From positions 120,353-184,352 of the IMG/VR virus record IMGVR_UViG_3300043409_001318: a stretch of 64,000 nucleotides of DNA; one strand, 5' to 3'. The notes below the pieces were generated by a model that saw only the letters and a program-made list of their open reading frames with translations, made no database searches and was not told the DNA's origin. The translations under genes and the position numbers were made by a program. The DNA comes from a virus. Shown here piece after piece: positions 20,839 through 29,677 of this stretch. Within the stretch, counting starts at the first letter, position 1; each line of letters opens with the position of its first letter.

Positions 20839-21765
20839 ATGACCAAAACCTCACTACTTTCTGCTGCCCTTGGAGAATATCGCCGTTCTGGTGACGAACT
20901 CCTTTTCTTCTGTCCTTTCTGTCAACATCACAAGCGCAAACTCTCTGTAAACTTAAAATCTAATAACTTTAAGTGCTGGATTTGTGATGAACGCGGAAAG
21001 AATGTTCGTCGCTTACTCAAATCAAGACTAACCAATTCCCAGCTTTATGAGTGGGATAAAATCAATAATGTTGTAGATTTAACACAACTTGATGATAATA
21101 TCTTTCAAGAACAATCTGCTCCACTTGAAGAAGTTATTTTACTGCCAGAAGAATTTGTTTCTCTCGCAAATAAAAATCTTCCATTAAGTTCTAAATTTGC
21201 TATGAGATATCTTTTGGATCGTGGTTATACAAAAGAAAATATTGTAATGTGGAAGATTGGTTATTGTTCTTCTGGTGAATATGCAGGAAGAGTTGTTGTT
21301 CCATCTTTTAATAATAATGGTGATATAAATTATTTTATTGCTCGTTCTTATGCCGACAAATTTCCAAAGTATATGAACCCAAAAGTATCTAAGGATATTG
21401 TTTTTAATGAACTTTATTTAGATTGGAATACAGATATTATTTTGGTTGAAGGTGTATTTGATGCGATGAAAGCAAAAAACGCAATTCCTCTTCTTGGTTC
21501 AACTCTTAATCAGCAATCAAATCTGTTTAAGAAGATTGTTTATTATGAACCAAACATTTATATCGCATTAGATCCAGATGCAGAGAAGAAAGCATCACAT
21601 CTTATTGAAAACCTTATTCAATATGACTTAAATTTGTTTAAGATTGATGTTGAAGGATTTGGTGATGTTGGAGAAATGACGAAAGAACAATTCCTTGAAG
21701 CAAAAGCAAACGCTCAACCAATTGGAGATGATTGGGTATTAGAGAAAGGATTGCTTGCTATCTAA
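20839..21765 (+). CDS. dnaG: DNA primase (DnaG-like, zinc finger plus TOPRIM)
   Basis: CPFC..H...CWIC zinc-binding domain; TOPRIM LVEGVFDA and DPD. Confidence 0.88.
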   Translation: MTKTSLLSAALGEYRRSGDELLFFCPFCQHHKRKLSVNLKSNNFKCWICDERGKNVRRLLKSRLTNSQLYEWDKINNVVDLTQLDDNIFQEQSAPLEEVILLPEEFVSLANKNLPLSSKFAMRYLLDRGYTKENIVMWKIGYCSSGEYAGRVVVPSFNNNGDINYFIARSYADKFPKYMNPKVSKDIVFNELYLDWNTDIILVEGVFDAMKAKNAIPLLGSTLNQQSNLFKKIVYYEPNIYIALDPDAEKKASHLIENLIQYDLNLFKIDVEGFGDVGEMTKEQFLEAKANAQPIGDDWVLEKGLLAI

Positions 21766-21783
21766 CCTTATTGGGGTTATAAT
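21755..21783 (+). promoter_or_regulatory. Sigma70-like promoter for the SbcD-SbcC fusion gene
   Basis: TTGCTA (21755-60), 17 nt spacer, TATAAT (21778-83); GAGG SD then ATG at 21799. Confidence 0.6.
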
Positions 21784-21798
21784 CATCAAGAGGTAGTA

Positions 21799-24700
21799 AT
21801 GAAATTCGCTCATATTGCAGATACACACATTAAAAACTTAAAGTATCATAATGAATACAAAACAATTTTTAATAAAATGTATGAAACTCTCTTAAATGAG
21901 AAAGTAGATTACATTATTCATTGTGGTGATATCGCACATACGAAAACTCAAATCTCACCAGAGTTTGTTGAAATGGCAGCAGATTTCTTTATCAATCTTG
22001 CTGCTATTGCTCCAACTTATATTATTCTTGGTAATCATGATGGTAATTTAACAAATGATAATCGACAAGACGCATTAAGTCCAATTGTAAACGCTCTTGG
22101 TATGGAAAATCTTCATCTTTTAAAGAAGTCGGGCGAGACAAAACTAAAAGATAATTTTTCTCTTAATGTTCTTTCTGTCTTTGACGAAGAAGGATGGGTA
22201 AAACCATCTGATCCAAACGCAGTTAATATTGCTCTTTATCATGGTTCTATTAGTGGAGTAAAGACAGATACTAATTTTGTCTTGGAACATGCTGACCATG
22301 ATATCTCTATCTTTGAGGGGCATGATTATGCTTTCCTTGGGGATATTCACAAGACAAATCAAATCTTAGATGAAGGTGGAAGAATTAGATATCCCGGCTC
22401 CACGGTTCAACAAAATCATGGTGAGACAAACGATAAAGGATTTCTTATTTGGGATATTCAAGACAAGCTCTCATTTGACTGCCAGCACGTTTTAATTCCA
22501 AACCCTAATCCTTTTATCACATTAGAACTAAAAGAGAATGGAGAACTTCCAGAGGGTATTAACGTGCCTCCTAATGCTCGTCTTCGGCTTCTATCTAAGA
22601 ACAATCTACCAGCAGAAATGATGAAGAACGTTGGCGATGTAGCAAAAGAAAAATGGAAGCCAGAAAGTATTTCTTTCTTATCAAAGAACGTTGCCAGATC
22701 AAAAGAATTAAGAGAAGTTGTAGATGGAATTAATAAAGAAGATCTACGAAATCTAAAAGTTCAAGAACAACTTATTGAAGAGTTCTTGGTAAATTATAAA
22801 GTTGAAAGAGAAATTCTTGATAAAGTTTTTGAGATCAACAAAAAATATAATACAGAAGTAGAAGCAAAAGAAGAAGTTGCTCGTAATGTAAATTGGAATG
22901 TAAAGTCAATTGAGTGGGATAATCTTTTTAATTATGGCGAAGGAAACAAAATTGATTTCTCAAACCTTAAAGGAATTGTAGGCATCTTTGGAAAGAATTA
23001 TTCTGGTAAGTCTTCTGTAATCGATAGTATCCTTTATACTCTTTTCAACACAACCTCAAAGAACGAAAAGAAAGTATCTAACGTTATTAATACAGCCAAA
23101 AAGAACGCAGTAGCAAATCTTACAATCTCAATTGGAGATAGCGATTATGTAATTGCTCGTAGTTGTGAAAAAAGCATGAAGAAGAATGGAACAGAGGAAA
23201 CTAAAACTGAACTAAATTTCTTGTGTGATGGTGTTTCTATGAATGGTAATACAAGAGTAGAAACAGATCAAAACATCAAGAAACTATTTGGGACTATGGA
23301 TGATTTCTTACTAACCTCTATGTCTTCCCAGCTTGACTCACTTTCTTTTATTCGTGAAGGTTCAACAAAAAGAAAAGAAATCTTAGCTCGCTTTTTGGAC
23401 CTTGAATTGTTTGATGCTAAAAACAAATTAGCAAAAGAAGAAAGTGGATCACTAAAAGCAATTATTAAAAAACTTGAAGCAATTGATTACGATACAGAAA
23501 TCTTAAAACTTGATAATGAACTTGATACTACAAACCAACTTGTAAGTCATAATAATTCTAATTCTGTAAAGATTTCACAAAATCTTGTAGAACTTCGTAA
23601 TGAGATTTCTATTATTGAAGGACAACTTAAAAATAACAACACAGAAATAATCAATATTAACGAGACATTAGAACGTAAAACATATCTGGAACAAAGTTTA
23701 GATAAAGCCACAAAGCAAAAAAGTTCTAAACAAAGTGAGCTTGGTAATAAACAAACCGAACTTGAAAAAATTAAATCAATCATTACCAAAGATTATTCTA
23801 ATATTGATGAATTAAAAGAAAAGAAAAAGCAAAAGAATGTAGTTATTTCTAACCTTCAACAAATTAATTTTGAACTACAATCAATTACAAAAGAAGAGAC
23901 AGCACTTAAAAGTAAAACAGAACTTCTAACAAAAGTTCCATGTGATTCAAAATTCCCAAGTTGTATGTTTATCAAAGATGCGGTAGAGGCTTCGCCAAAA
24001 CTAATTGAAACACAAGTTAAAAAGAAAAAGATAGAAGAAGATAAAGAAGCAACTTCAAATCTTCTTGAAAGTTATAAAGGCATTGACGAACAAATCAGCA
24101 AATACGAAACCCATGTAAATGATATTCATAAATTTGAAAAAGAAGAATTACAACTAAAAGTAGAAGTTGAGAAGATGAACACGATCATTTCAAACATTAA
24201 AAAAGAAATGATTATCACAGAAGAAAAAATTGATAAATACAAAAAGAATGAAGAAACATTTAGCAGGGCAACAGAATTAAGAATTGATAAAACACAGAAA
24301 GAAAAAGAACTTAAATTGTTAGAAGAAGTTTCAAAAAAGACTAACGAAGAACTTACCAAATCTCATATGAAGATTGGTTCTTTAACTGAAAAAGTAGCTA
24401 CCCTTCAAGGAGCAAAAAAAGAGTTAGAGGATTACAGAAATCAATTTGCTGCTTATGATTACTTTATGAAAGCAACAAGCACAAATGGAATTTCCTATGA
24501 AATTATTAAGAAGAAACTTCCATTTATTAATGAAGAGATTTCAGCAATTCTTTCTAATGTTGTTGATTTTAATGTGTTCTTTGAGGACGATGGTTCAAAA
24601 CTCAATATCAATATTCAGCATTTAGATAGTGACCCACGACCAATTGAAATGGGCTCTGGTGCAGAGAAATCTATTGCTGCTATGGCTATACGACTTTCTC

Positions 24701-24924
24701 TTCTACAAGTATCCAATTTACCAAAATCAAATATGTTTATCTTGGATGAACCCGGAACTGCTTTGGATAGTGAAAACATGGAAGGGTTTATTAGAATTCT
24801 GGATATGATTAAGAACTACTATGATACGGTCCTTCTAATTTCTCACATGGACGCTTTAAAGGATGTAGCAGATCAAATAATTACAATTGATAATAAAGAT
24901 GGTTTTGCTTCCATTACTATTTAA
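21799..24924 (+). CDS. Fused SbcD/Mre11 nuclease and SbcC/Rad50 ATPase (T4 gp47+gp46-like) in one 1041-aa polypeptide
   Basis: Phosphoesterase motifs ADTH, CGD, GNHD, LGDIH; Walker A GKNYSGKS; coiled coil; signature MGSGAE; Walker B FILDE; D-loop ALD; H-loop ISH. Confidence 0.9.
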   Translation: MKFAHIADTHIKNLKYHNEYKTIFNKMYETLLNEKVDYIIHCGDIAHTKTQISPEFVEMAADFFINLAAIAPTYIILGNHDGNLTNDNRQDALSPIVNALGMENLHLLKKSGETKLKDNFSLNVLSVFDEEGWVKPSDPNAVNIALYHGSISGVKTDTNFVLEHADHDISIFEGHDYAFLGDIHKTNQILDEGGRIRYPGSTVQQNHGETNDKGFLIWDIQDKLSFDCQHVLIPNPNPFITLELKENGELPEGINVPPNARLRLLSKNNLPAEMMKNVGDVAKEKWKPESISFLSKNVARSKELREVVDGINKEDLRNLKVQEQLIEEFLVNYKVEREILDKVFEINKKYNTEVEAKEEVARNVNWNVKSIEWDNLFNYGEGNKIDFSNLKGIVGIFGKNYSGKSSVIDSILYTLFNTTSKNEKKVSNVINTAKKNAVANLTISIGDSDYVIARSCEKSMKKNGTEETKTELNFLCDGVSMNGNTRVETDQNIKKLFGTMDDFLLTSMSSQLDSLSFIREGSTKRKEILARFLDLELFDAKNKLAKEESGSLKAIIKKLEAIDYDTEILKLDNELDTTNQLVSHNNSNSVKISQNLVELRNEISIIEGQLKNNNTEIININETLERKTYLEQSLDKATKQKSSKQSELGNKQTELEKIKSIITKDYSNIDELKEKKKQKNVVISNLQQINFELQSITKEETALKSKTELLTKVPCDSKFPSCMFIKDAVEASPKLIETQVKKKKIEEDKEATSNLLESYKGIDEQISKYETHVNDIHKFEKEELQLKVEVEKMNTIISNIKKEMIITEEKIDKYKKNEETFSRATELRIDKTQKEKELKLLEEVSKKTNEELTKSHMKIGSLTEKVATLQGAKKELEDYRNQFAAYDYFMKATSTNGISYEIIKKKLPFINEEISAILSNVVDFNVFFEDDGSKLNINIQHLDSDPRPIEMGSGAEKSIAAMAIRLSLLQVSNLPKSNMFILDEPGTALDSENMEGFIRILDMIKNYYDTVLLISHMDALKDVADQIITIDNKDGFASITI

Positions 24925-24939
24925 TATAAAGGAAAATAA

Positions 24940-25158
24940 ATGTTGAAGAACGGATTAGACAAATTCTTAGATAAGATTGTATCAAGAAAATTATTGGTTT
25001 GGATAACAGCAACGGTTTTGATGTATGGTTCTAAAATTACATCGGACGATTGGGTTTTAATATGTATGATTTATTTAGGTTCGCAAGGAGCATTGGATAT
25101 AGTGGAAAAATTCTTAAGTGTTAAAAATACAACTACAACCATTAATAAAAATGTTTAA
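24940..25158 (+). CDS. Putative holin
   Basis: 72 aa with two short hydrophobic helices and a SRKLLVW motif; first gene of a membrane-protein trio. Confidence 0.5.
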   Translation: MLKNGLDKFLDKIVSRKLLVWITATVLMYGSKITSDDWVLICMIYLGSQGALDIVEKFLSVKNTTTTINKNV

Positions 25159-25516
25159 CTTTATAAAAGACAATTGGAAATTAATTGCTGCTATTATATA
25201 CGCAGTAGCAATTCCTTTATATTTCTATCAATCTACAAAAGCAGTATCCAATGCTTTAGATCTTTCAATAAATTCTTCAAAAGAAGAAGTATTAATACTA
25301 AACGATACTTTACAAAATCAACAAGCTTATTACGAAGTTCTAATAGAACAACTTACAATGTCGTTAGAAGTAGAACAATTAAAACATGACGATGAACTAA
25401 GAGCCATAAGAGAAACACAAGTTTATCAGCAATCGTTATTGACCGAAAGTTTTAGAAACGATCCTACTCAAATAACAATTATATTAAAAGATAGGTATAA
25501 ATTAAATGGTAATTAG
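25151..25516 (+). CDS. i-spanin-like membrane protein (N-terminal TM plus coiled coil)
   Basis: ATG at 25151 overlaps the holin end; WKLIAAIIYAVAIPLYFY TM followed by a helical region. Confidence 0.45.
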   Translation: MFNFIKDNWKLIAAIIYAVAIPLYFYQSTKAVSNALDLSINSSKEEVLILNDTLQNQQAYYEVLIEQLTMSLEVEQLKHDDELRAIRETQVYQQSLLTESFRNDPTQITIILKDRYKLNGN

Positions 25517-25925
25517 TTTATTGTTATTAACCAAGCTTGCGTTCGCCCAAGACTTTCAAAACCTATCACAAGGTCAAGTAGCTCCATTTACAGGGACACT
25601 TATAACCCCAGATGGAATTGCTAAAATAATAACAACTGAAGATGCTAAACTCTCCGAGTGTGAAGAAACCTCAAGACACAAAATAGAAGTATTAACAATC
25701 TCCAAAGAAGCACAAATAGAAAAATTAAAGTTTGATTTGAAAGAACAAAAAGAAAGTTCAAGTAAAATTATAGAAGAAAAAAATAAAGAATTAGATAGAA
25801 CTTATGAGATTATAAAAAAACAAAATAGAAACTTAACTCCTTTGTGGATTGGAGTTGGTTTTACTGCTGGACTTGCTACCTCAATTGGAACTATCTATAT
25901 TTATAAGGAATTAACAAATGATTAA
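25506..25925 (+). CDS. Exported coiled-coil protein with a C-terminal TM (spanin-like partner)
   Basis: Signal peptide ending AFA|Q; coiled coil; C-terminal LWIGVGFTAGLATSIGTIYIY; overlaps the previous gene. Confidence 0.45.
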   Translation: MVISLLLLTKLAFAQDFQNLSQGQVAPFTGTLITPDGIAKIITTEDAKLSECEETSRHKIEVLTISKEAQIEKLKFDLKEQKESSSKIIEEKNKELDRTYEIIKKQNRNLTPLWIGVGFTAGLATSIGTIYIYKELTND

Positions 25926-26325
25926 AATTTTGGTAAAAGACTTAAATAAGTTGAAATCTTTTAAGTGTCCAGAAGCAACAAGAAATATAAATTTAAATTT
26001 ACAAAATAGAAATAAAGCTATAAAAGAACAACATTATGGCCCACCAAACCCTAATGAGCCAAATAACAATTTTTGGCAATCTAAAGCTGATATGTGGAAT
26101 GTTGATAGTCTTGAAGAAGTTAAATCTATGTTATGTGGAAATTGTGCTGCATTTGATATGACAAATAAAATGAAAACTTGTATAGCAAAAGGAATTGGTA
26201 ACGAAGATGATCCTTGGGCAACAATTAACGCAGGAACTTTGGGATATTGTAAATTTTTAAAATTTAAATGTGCCGCTAAAAGAACTTGTGATGCTTGGGT
26301 AGAAGGTGGACCAATAGAAGATTAA
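25918..26325 (+). CDS. Cys-rich hypothetical protein (HiPIP-like Cys spacing)
   Basis: CGNCAAF...GYCKFLKFKCAAKRTCDAW; 7 Cys in total. Confidence 0.55.
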   Translation: MIKILVKDLNKLKSFKCPEATRNINLNLQNRNKAIKEQHYGPPNPNEPNNNFWQSKADMWNVDSLEEVKSMLCGNCAAFDMTNKMKTCIAKGIGNEDDPWATINAGTLGYCKFLKFKCAAKRTCDAWVEGGPIED

Positions 26326-26798
26326 TCAACTTTTAATCTTGTTTTATGATATTCAGTCCAATTATCAAAATATTTTGTAGACTTTAAAGATAACTCTGCT
26401 TTTTCAACTTCTGGTCTTGGTGTCACTATTACTAATGGATATTCATTTGTTCTTGAGAAAAACCCGTTAAACGATAAATCTTCATTAGCAAGTAAATAAA
26501 CAGCCCAATAATTTTTACATTTATCGTTTATAATATCTTCAAATTTTTCTTTTTCGTCAATTTTTAACTTATTGTGAGTATCTATTAATAATAGTGTAGT
26601 TTTTTCATTAAAATTATTATTATTAATTTTGTCAATAATATTGTCTATATTAGATAAATCAGTTATAATATAATTTATTTTATTTTGTATTCTTTCTTTT
26701 CTGGCAAAAGGACAAACAGGTAGATTTCCAAACGCTGGTGTTTTTACCTCTACAAAATTTATAATCCAACTTTTAATATTGTTAACAATATCATCCAT
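26322..26798 (-). CDS. Hypothetical protein with a CPFA motif (DUF1415-like)
   Basis: The only convincing minus-strand gene; fills the gap between + genes; NLPVCPFAR; CTATTTA motif just upstream on its own strand. Confidence 0.65.
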   Translation of the reverse strand: MDDIVNNIKSWIINFVEVKTPAFGNLPVCPFARKERIQNKINYIITDLSNIDNIIDKINNNNFNEKTTLLLIDTHNKLKIDEKEKFEDIINDKCKNYWAVYLLANEDLSFNGFFSRTNEYPLVIVTPRPEVEKAELSLKSTKYFDNWTEYHKTRLKVD

Positions 26799-26819
26799 AA
26801 ACTAAATAGGTTTTAAAAA

Positions 26820-27212
26820 ATGAAAGATCCAAATGAAATTGTAAAAATTGAAAAAGCCATAGCACAAAAGTATGGTGAAGATACAATAGCAAATCCAAAA
26901 CATTATTGGAATGAAGAAAAAGAAAAAGAATATGTAGAGCAATTAAAAGAATTATCAGCAATACAAACAAAACAAGAAGAAAAAGACCAAAAAATAAATA
27001 TTGATGGTATTTTTATTTCTAAAAAACTACTTAATAAAGATAGCAAAAGAACTTGTCCTATTTGTTCTGTTTATTCATTTAGCAGCAAAGACGATCTATA
27101 TATGAATAGATATGAATGTTGTTACAAATGTTATATTCAATGGGTAGAAGGAAGAGAAGAAAGATGGAAAACAGGTTGGAGGCCAAATGAAAGTAACGTT
27201 AACAAGAAGTGA
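26820..27212 (+). CDS. Zinc-finger hypothetical protein
   Basis: CPIC...CCYKC; C-terminal WVEGREERWKTGWRP. Confidence 0.65.
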   Translation: MKDPNEIVKIEKAIAQKYGEDTIANPKHYWNEEKEKEYVEQLKELSAIQTKQEEKDQKINIDGIFISKKLLNKDSKRTCPICSVYSFSSKDDLYMNRYECCYKCYIQWVEGREERWKTGWRPNESNVNKK

Positions 27213-27507
27213 ACTAAAACAAATAATTCAAGAAGAATGGAACAGAGCAGAAATTTTGGAACAAAGTTCTCCAACTGGCGGATATGACGAAACAGTCGAG
27301 GGACAAGATCAAGAATTAGATTATGAAGGTTACATGACAAAAAGCCAACTTTTTAAAATTGGTGAATATGCTTTAAAACTTCACGATATGATTAACGACG
27401 GCGATAATCTACCAGAGTGGATGCAATCAAAAGTTTCTCAAATGGAAAAAGATATTGGCTCTGTCTACCATGCACTTAATTATGATACAAAAAGAGGAAC
27501 TATATAA
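27187..27507 (+). CDS. Hypothetical protein with KQIIxEE leader (putative head-internal protein)
   Basis: MKVTLTRSELKQIIQEEW leader, then an EGYMTKSQL...LPEWMQSK domain. Confidence 0.6.
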   Translation: MKVTLTRSELKQIIQEEWNRAEILEQSSPTGGYDETVEGQDQELDYEGYMTKSQLFKIGEYALKLHDMINDGDNLPEWMQSKVSQMEKDIGSVYHALNYDTKRGTI

Positions 27508-28076
27508 TGGCTACAACCCTTGAAATAATCCAAGGCATCTCACAAGCTGCCGCAAACGCATACGACGGCTCACATATGGCAAAATATAATGCTGATGGTG
27601 AGGAAAGAAAGATCGGACTTCGTAGAGAAGACGGTGATCCAATATTGGACTCAAGAGTTATTGATGGTTTTAAAGTTAAGTTCAAAGGCAACAAACTTTG
27701 TATTACTTACCAAAGTGAAATTTCTATGAAAGAAGTTCACAAAGGTGGAAAGTTTGAAAACGAAATGGAACAAGTTATGGCTGACATTGTTAAGTTCTTA
27801 AAAAAAGAATATAAGACAATTACAAAAAATAGTTTATCCCTAAAAGCAATTGGAGAAGTTGATATATTTGTTCAACCAATTTCAAGAACCAGAACAGACC
27901 TTAGAATGTATCAAGAGTTTGAAATTTCTTCATTAGATAAGAAAGCAGTTATTTCCGTAGGGCTTCCAAGTGAAGATATTGTAAATGACGTAACAAGAAA
28001 ATTTCTTGCTATGGGAAGAGAGAAAGCTAAGAAACCTTCAAATGTAACAAGACCAGACGAAAAGAAAAAAGAATAA
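27507..28076 (+). CDS. Hypothetical protein upstream of terminase
   Basis: TAATG coupling to the upstream gene; normal codon usage. Confidence 0.6.
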   Translation: MATTLEIIQGISQAAANAYDGSHMAKYNADGEERKIGLRREDGDPILDSRVIDGFKVKFKGNKLCITYQSEISMKEVHKGGKFENEMEQVMADIVKFLKKEYKTITKNSLSLKAIGEVDIFVQPISRTRTDLRMYQEFEISSLDKKAVISVGLPSEDIVNDVTRKFLAMGREKAKKPSNVTRPDEKKKE

Positions 28077-28084
28077 AATGAAAA

Positions 28085-29674
28085 ATGTCTACAGCATACA
28101 AATTAACAAAAGAACAAGTTAAGTCCGAAATTGTAAAGTGTGCTAAAGATCCAATTTATTTTCTAAACACATACGCAAGAATTTCGGACACACAAAAAGG
28201 TCCAATACCTTTTAGAACTTATAGTTTTCAAGACGAAGTTCTAAAAGATATGAAGGACTATCGTTTTAACGTAGTTCTAAAAGCCCGTCAGTTAGGTCTT
28301 TCAACAATCGTAGCAGGTTATATAGCTTGGCTAATGTTGTTCCATAGAGACAAGAATGTTCTTATCTTAGCAACCAAATTACTTTCAGCATCAAATATGG
28401 TTAAGAAAGTTAAGTATATTATTAAAAGTTTACCAGATTGGTTGATGATTGCTGATGTATCAATCGACAATAGAAACTCATTTGAACTTACAAATGGTTC
28501 ACAAATTAAAGCTTCCGCTACGTCTGGTGATGCTGGACGTTCGGAGGCTCTTTCTTTACTTGTTCTGGACGAAGCTGCGTTCATTGAGAACATGAAAGAC
28601 CTATGGACAGGTGTATATCCTACGCTTGCTACCGGTGGTCGTTGTATTGGTATCTCAACTCCAAATGGTGTAGGTAATTGGTTTCATCAAACTTACTTAG
28701 ATGCTGAGACAGGCACAAATGAATTTCACCCAGTAAGACTACATTGGTCAGTCCATCCAGATAGAGATCAAGCTTGGTTTGAAAGAGAAACCAAGAATAT
28801 GTCTAAAAGAGAAATCGCACAAGAATATGAATGTTCTTTTAATGCTTCTGGTGAAACCGTAGTTGGTGCAGAACAATTAGAATATATAGAAAAGAATTGT
28901 AGCGAACCAAAATTTAGAATTCACATAGACAGAAATCTTTGGGTATGGAAAGGATATAATCCAAACCATTCGTATGTTCTTGTAGCAGATACAGCAAGAG
29001 GCGATGGAAAAGATAATTCAGTATTCCATCTTCTTAATCTTGATACTATGGAAATAGTAGCAGAATATCAAGGAAAAATAACAACAGAAGACTTTGCTGA
29101 TCTTGTTATCACAACAGGCAAAGAATATAATAATTGTATGGTAGTTATAGAAAACAATAATCTTGGATTTTCAGTCTTAGAAAAGATTGTTGATAAAGGA
29201 TATACAAATGTTTATTATTCTACCAAAGGTTCTGCTGAATATATAGATCAAATCTCAGCAGAGGGAACAACAAACACGGTCCCCGGATTTACTACTTCAC
29301 ATAAATCAAGACCTCTTATAGTAGCAAAGATGGAAGAATTTGTTAGAAATAAAAGTGTTAAAATAAATTCTATAAGAACCTTCCACGAACTAAGCACATT
29401 CATATGGGTATTAGGAAGACCACAAGCGATGCAAGGATACAACGACGATTTAGTTATGTCCTTGGCAATTGCTTGTTGGGTCAAGGATACGGTATTCCAA
29501 ACCAATCAAAGGGAACTGGAATATAAGAAAGCCATATTGACAGGCTTCACAAAAAGTAATACTATATTTGATACTAAAATTTCGGGGATGCAAGGATACA
29601 ATAGAGACTTGTCTGTATCCTTAGAAAGAGCGAAACAAGAACACGCACAATATTTTTGGATATATAAAGGATGA
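28085..29674 (+). CDS. terL: Terminase large subunit (T4 gp17-like)
   Basis: KARQLGLST (Walker A), LVLDEAAF (Walker B), ISTPNG, QEYECSF; nuclease VADTARG and NDDLVMSLA. Confidence 0.95.
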   Translation: MSTAYKLTKEQVKSEIVKCAKDPIYFLNTYARISDTQKGPIPFRTYSFQDEVLKDMKDYRFNVVLKARQLGLSTIVAGYIAWLMLFHRDKNVLILATKLLSASNMVKKVKYIIKSLPDWLMIADVSIDNRNSFELTNGSQIKASATSGDAGRSEALSLLVLDEAAFIENMKDLWTGVYPTLATGGRCIGISTPNGVGNWFHQTYLDAETGTNEFHPVRLHWSVHPDRDQAWFERETKNMSKREIAQEYECSFNASGETVVGAEQLEYIEKNCSEPKFRIHIDRNLWVWKGYNPNHSYVLVADTARGDGKDNSVFHLLNLDTMEIVAEYQGKITTEDFADLVITTGKEYNNCMVVIENNNLGFSVLEKIVDKGYTNVYYSTKGSAEYIDQISAEGTTNTVPGFTTSHKSRPLIVAKMEEFVRNKSVKINSIRTFHELSTFIWVLGRPQAMQGYNDDLVMSLAIACWVKDTVFQTNQRELEYKKAILTGFTKSNTIFDTKISGMQGYNRDLSVSLERAKQEHAQYFWIYKG

Positions 29675-29677
29675 TAA

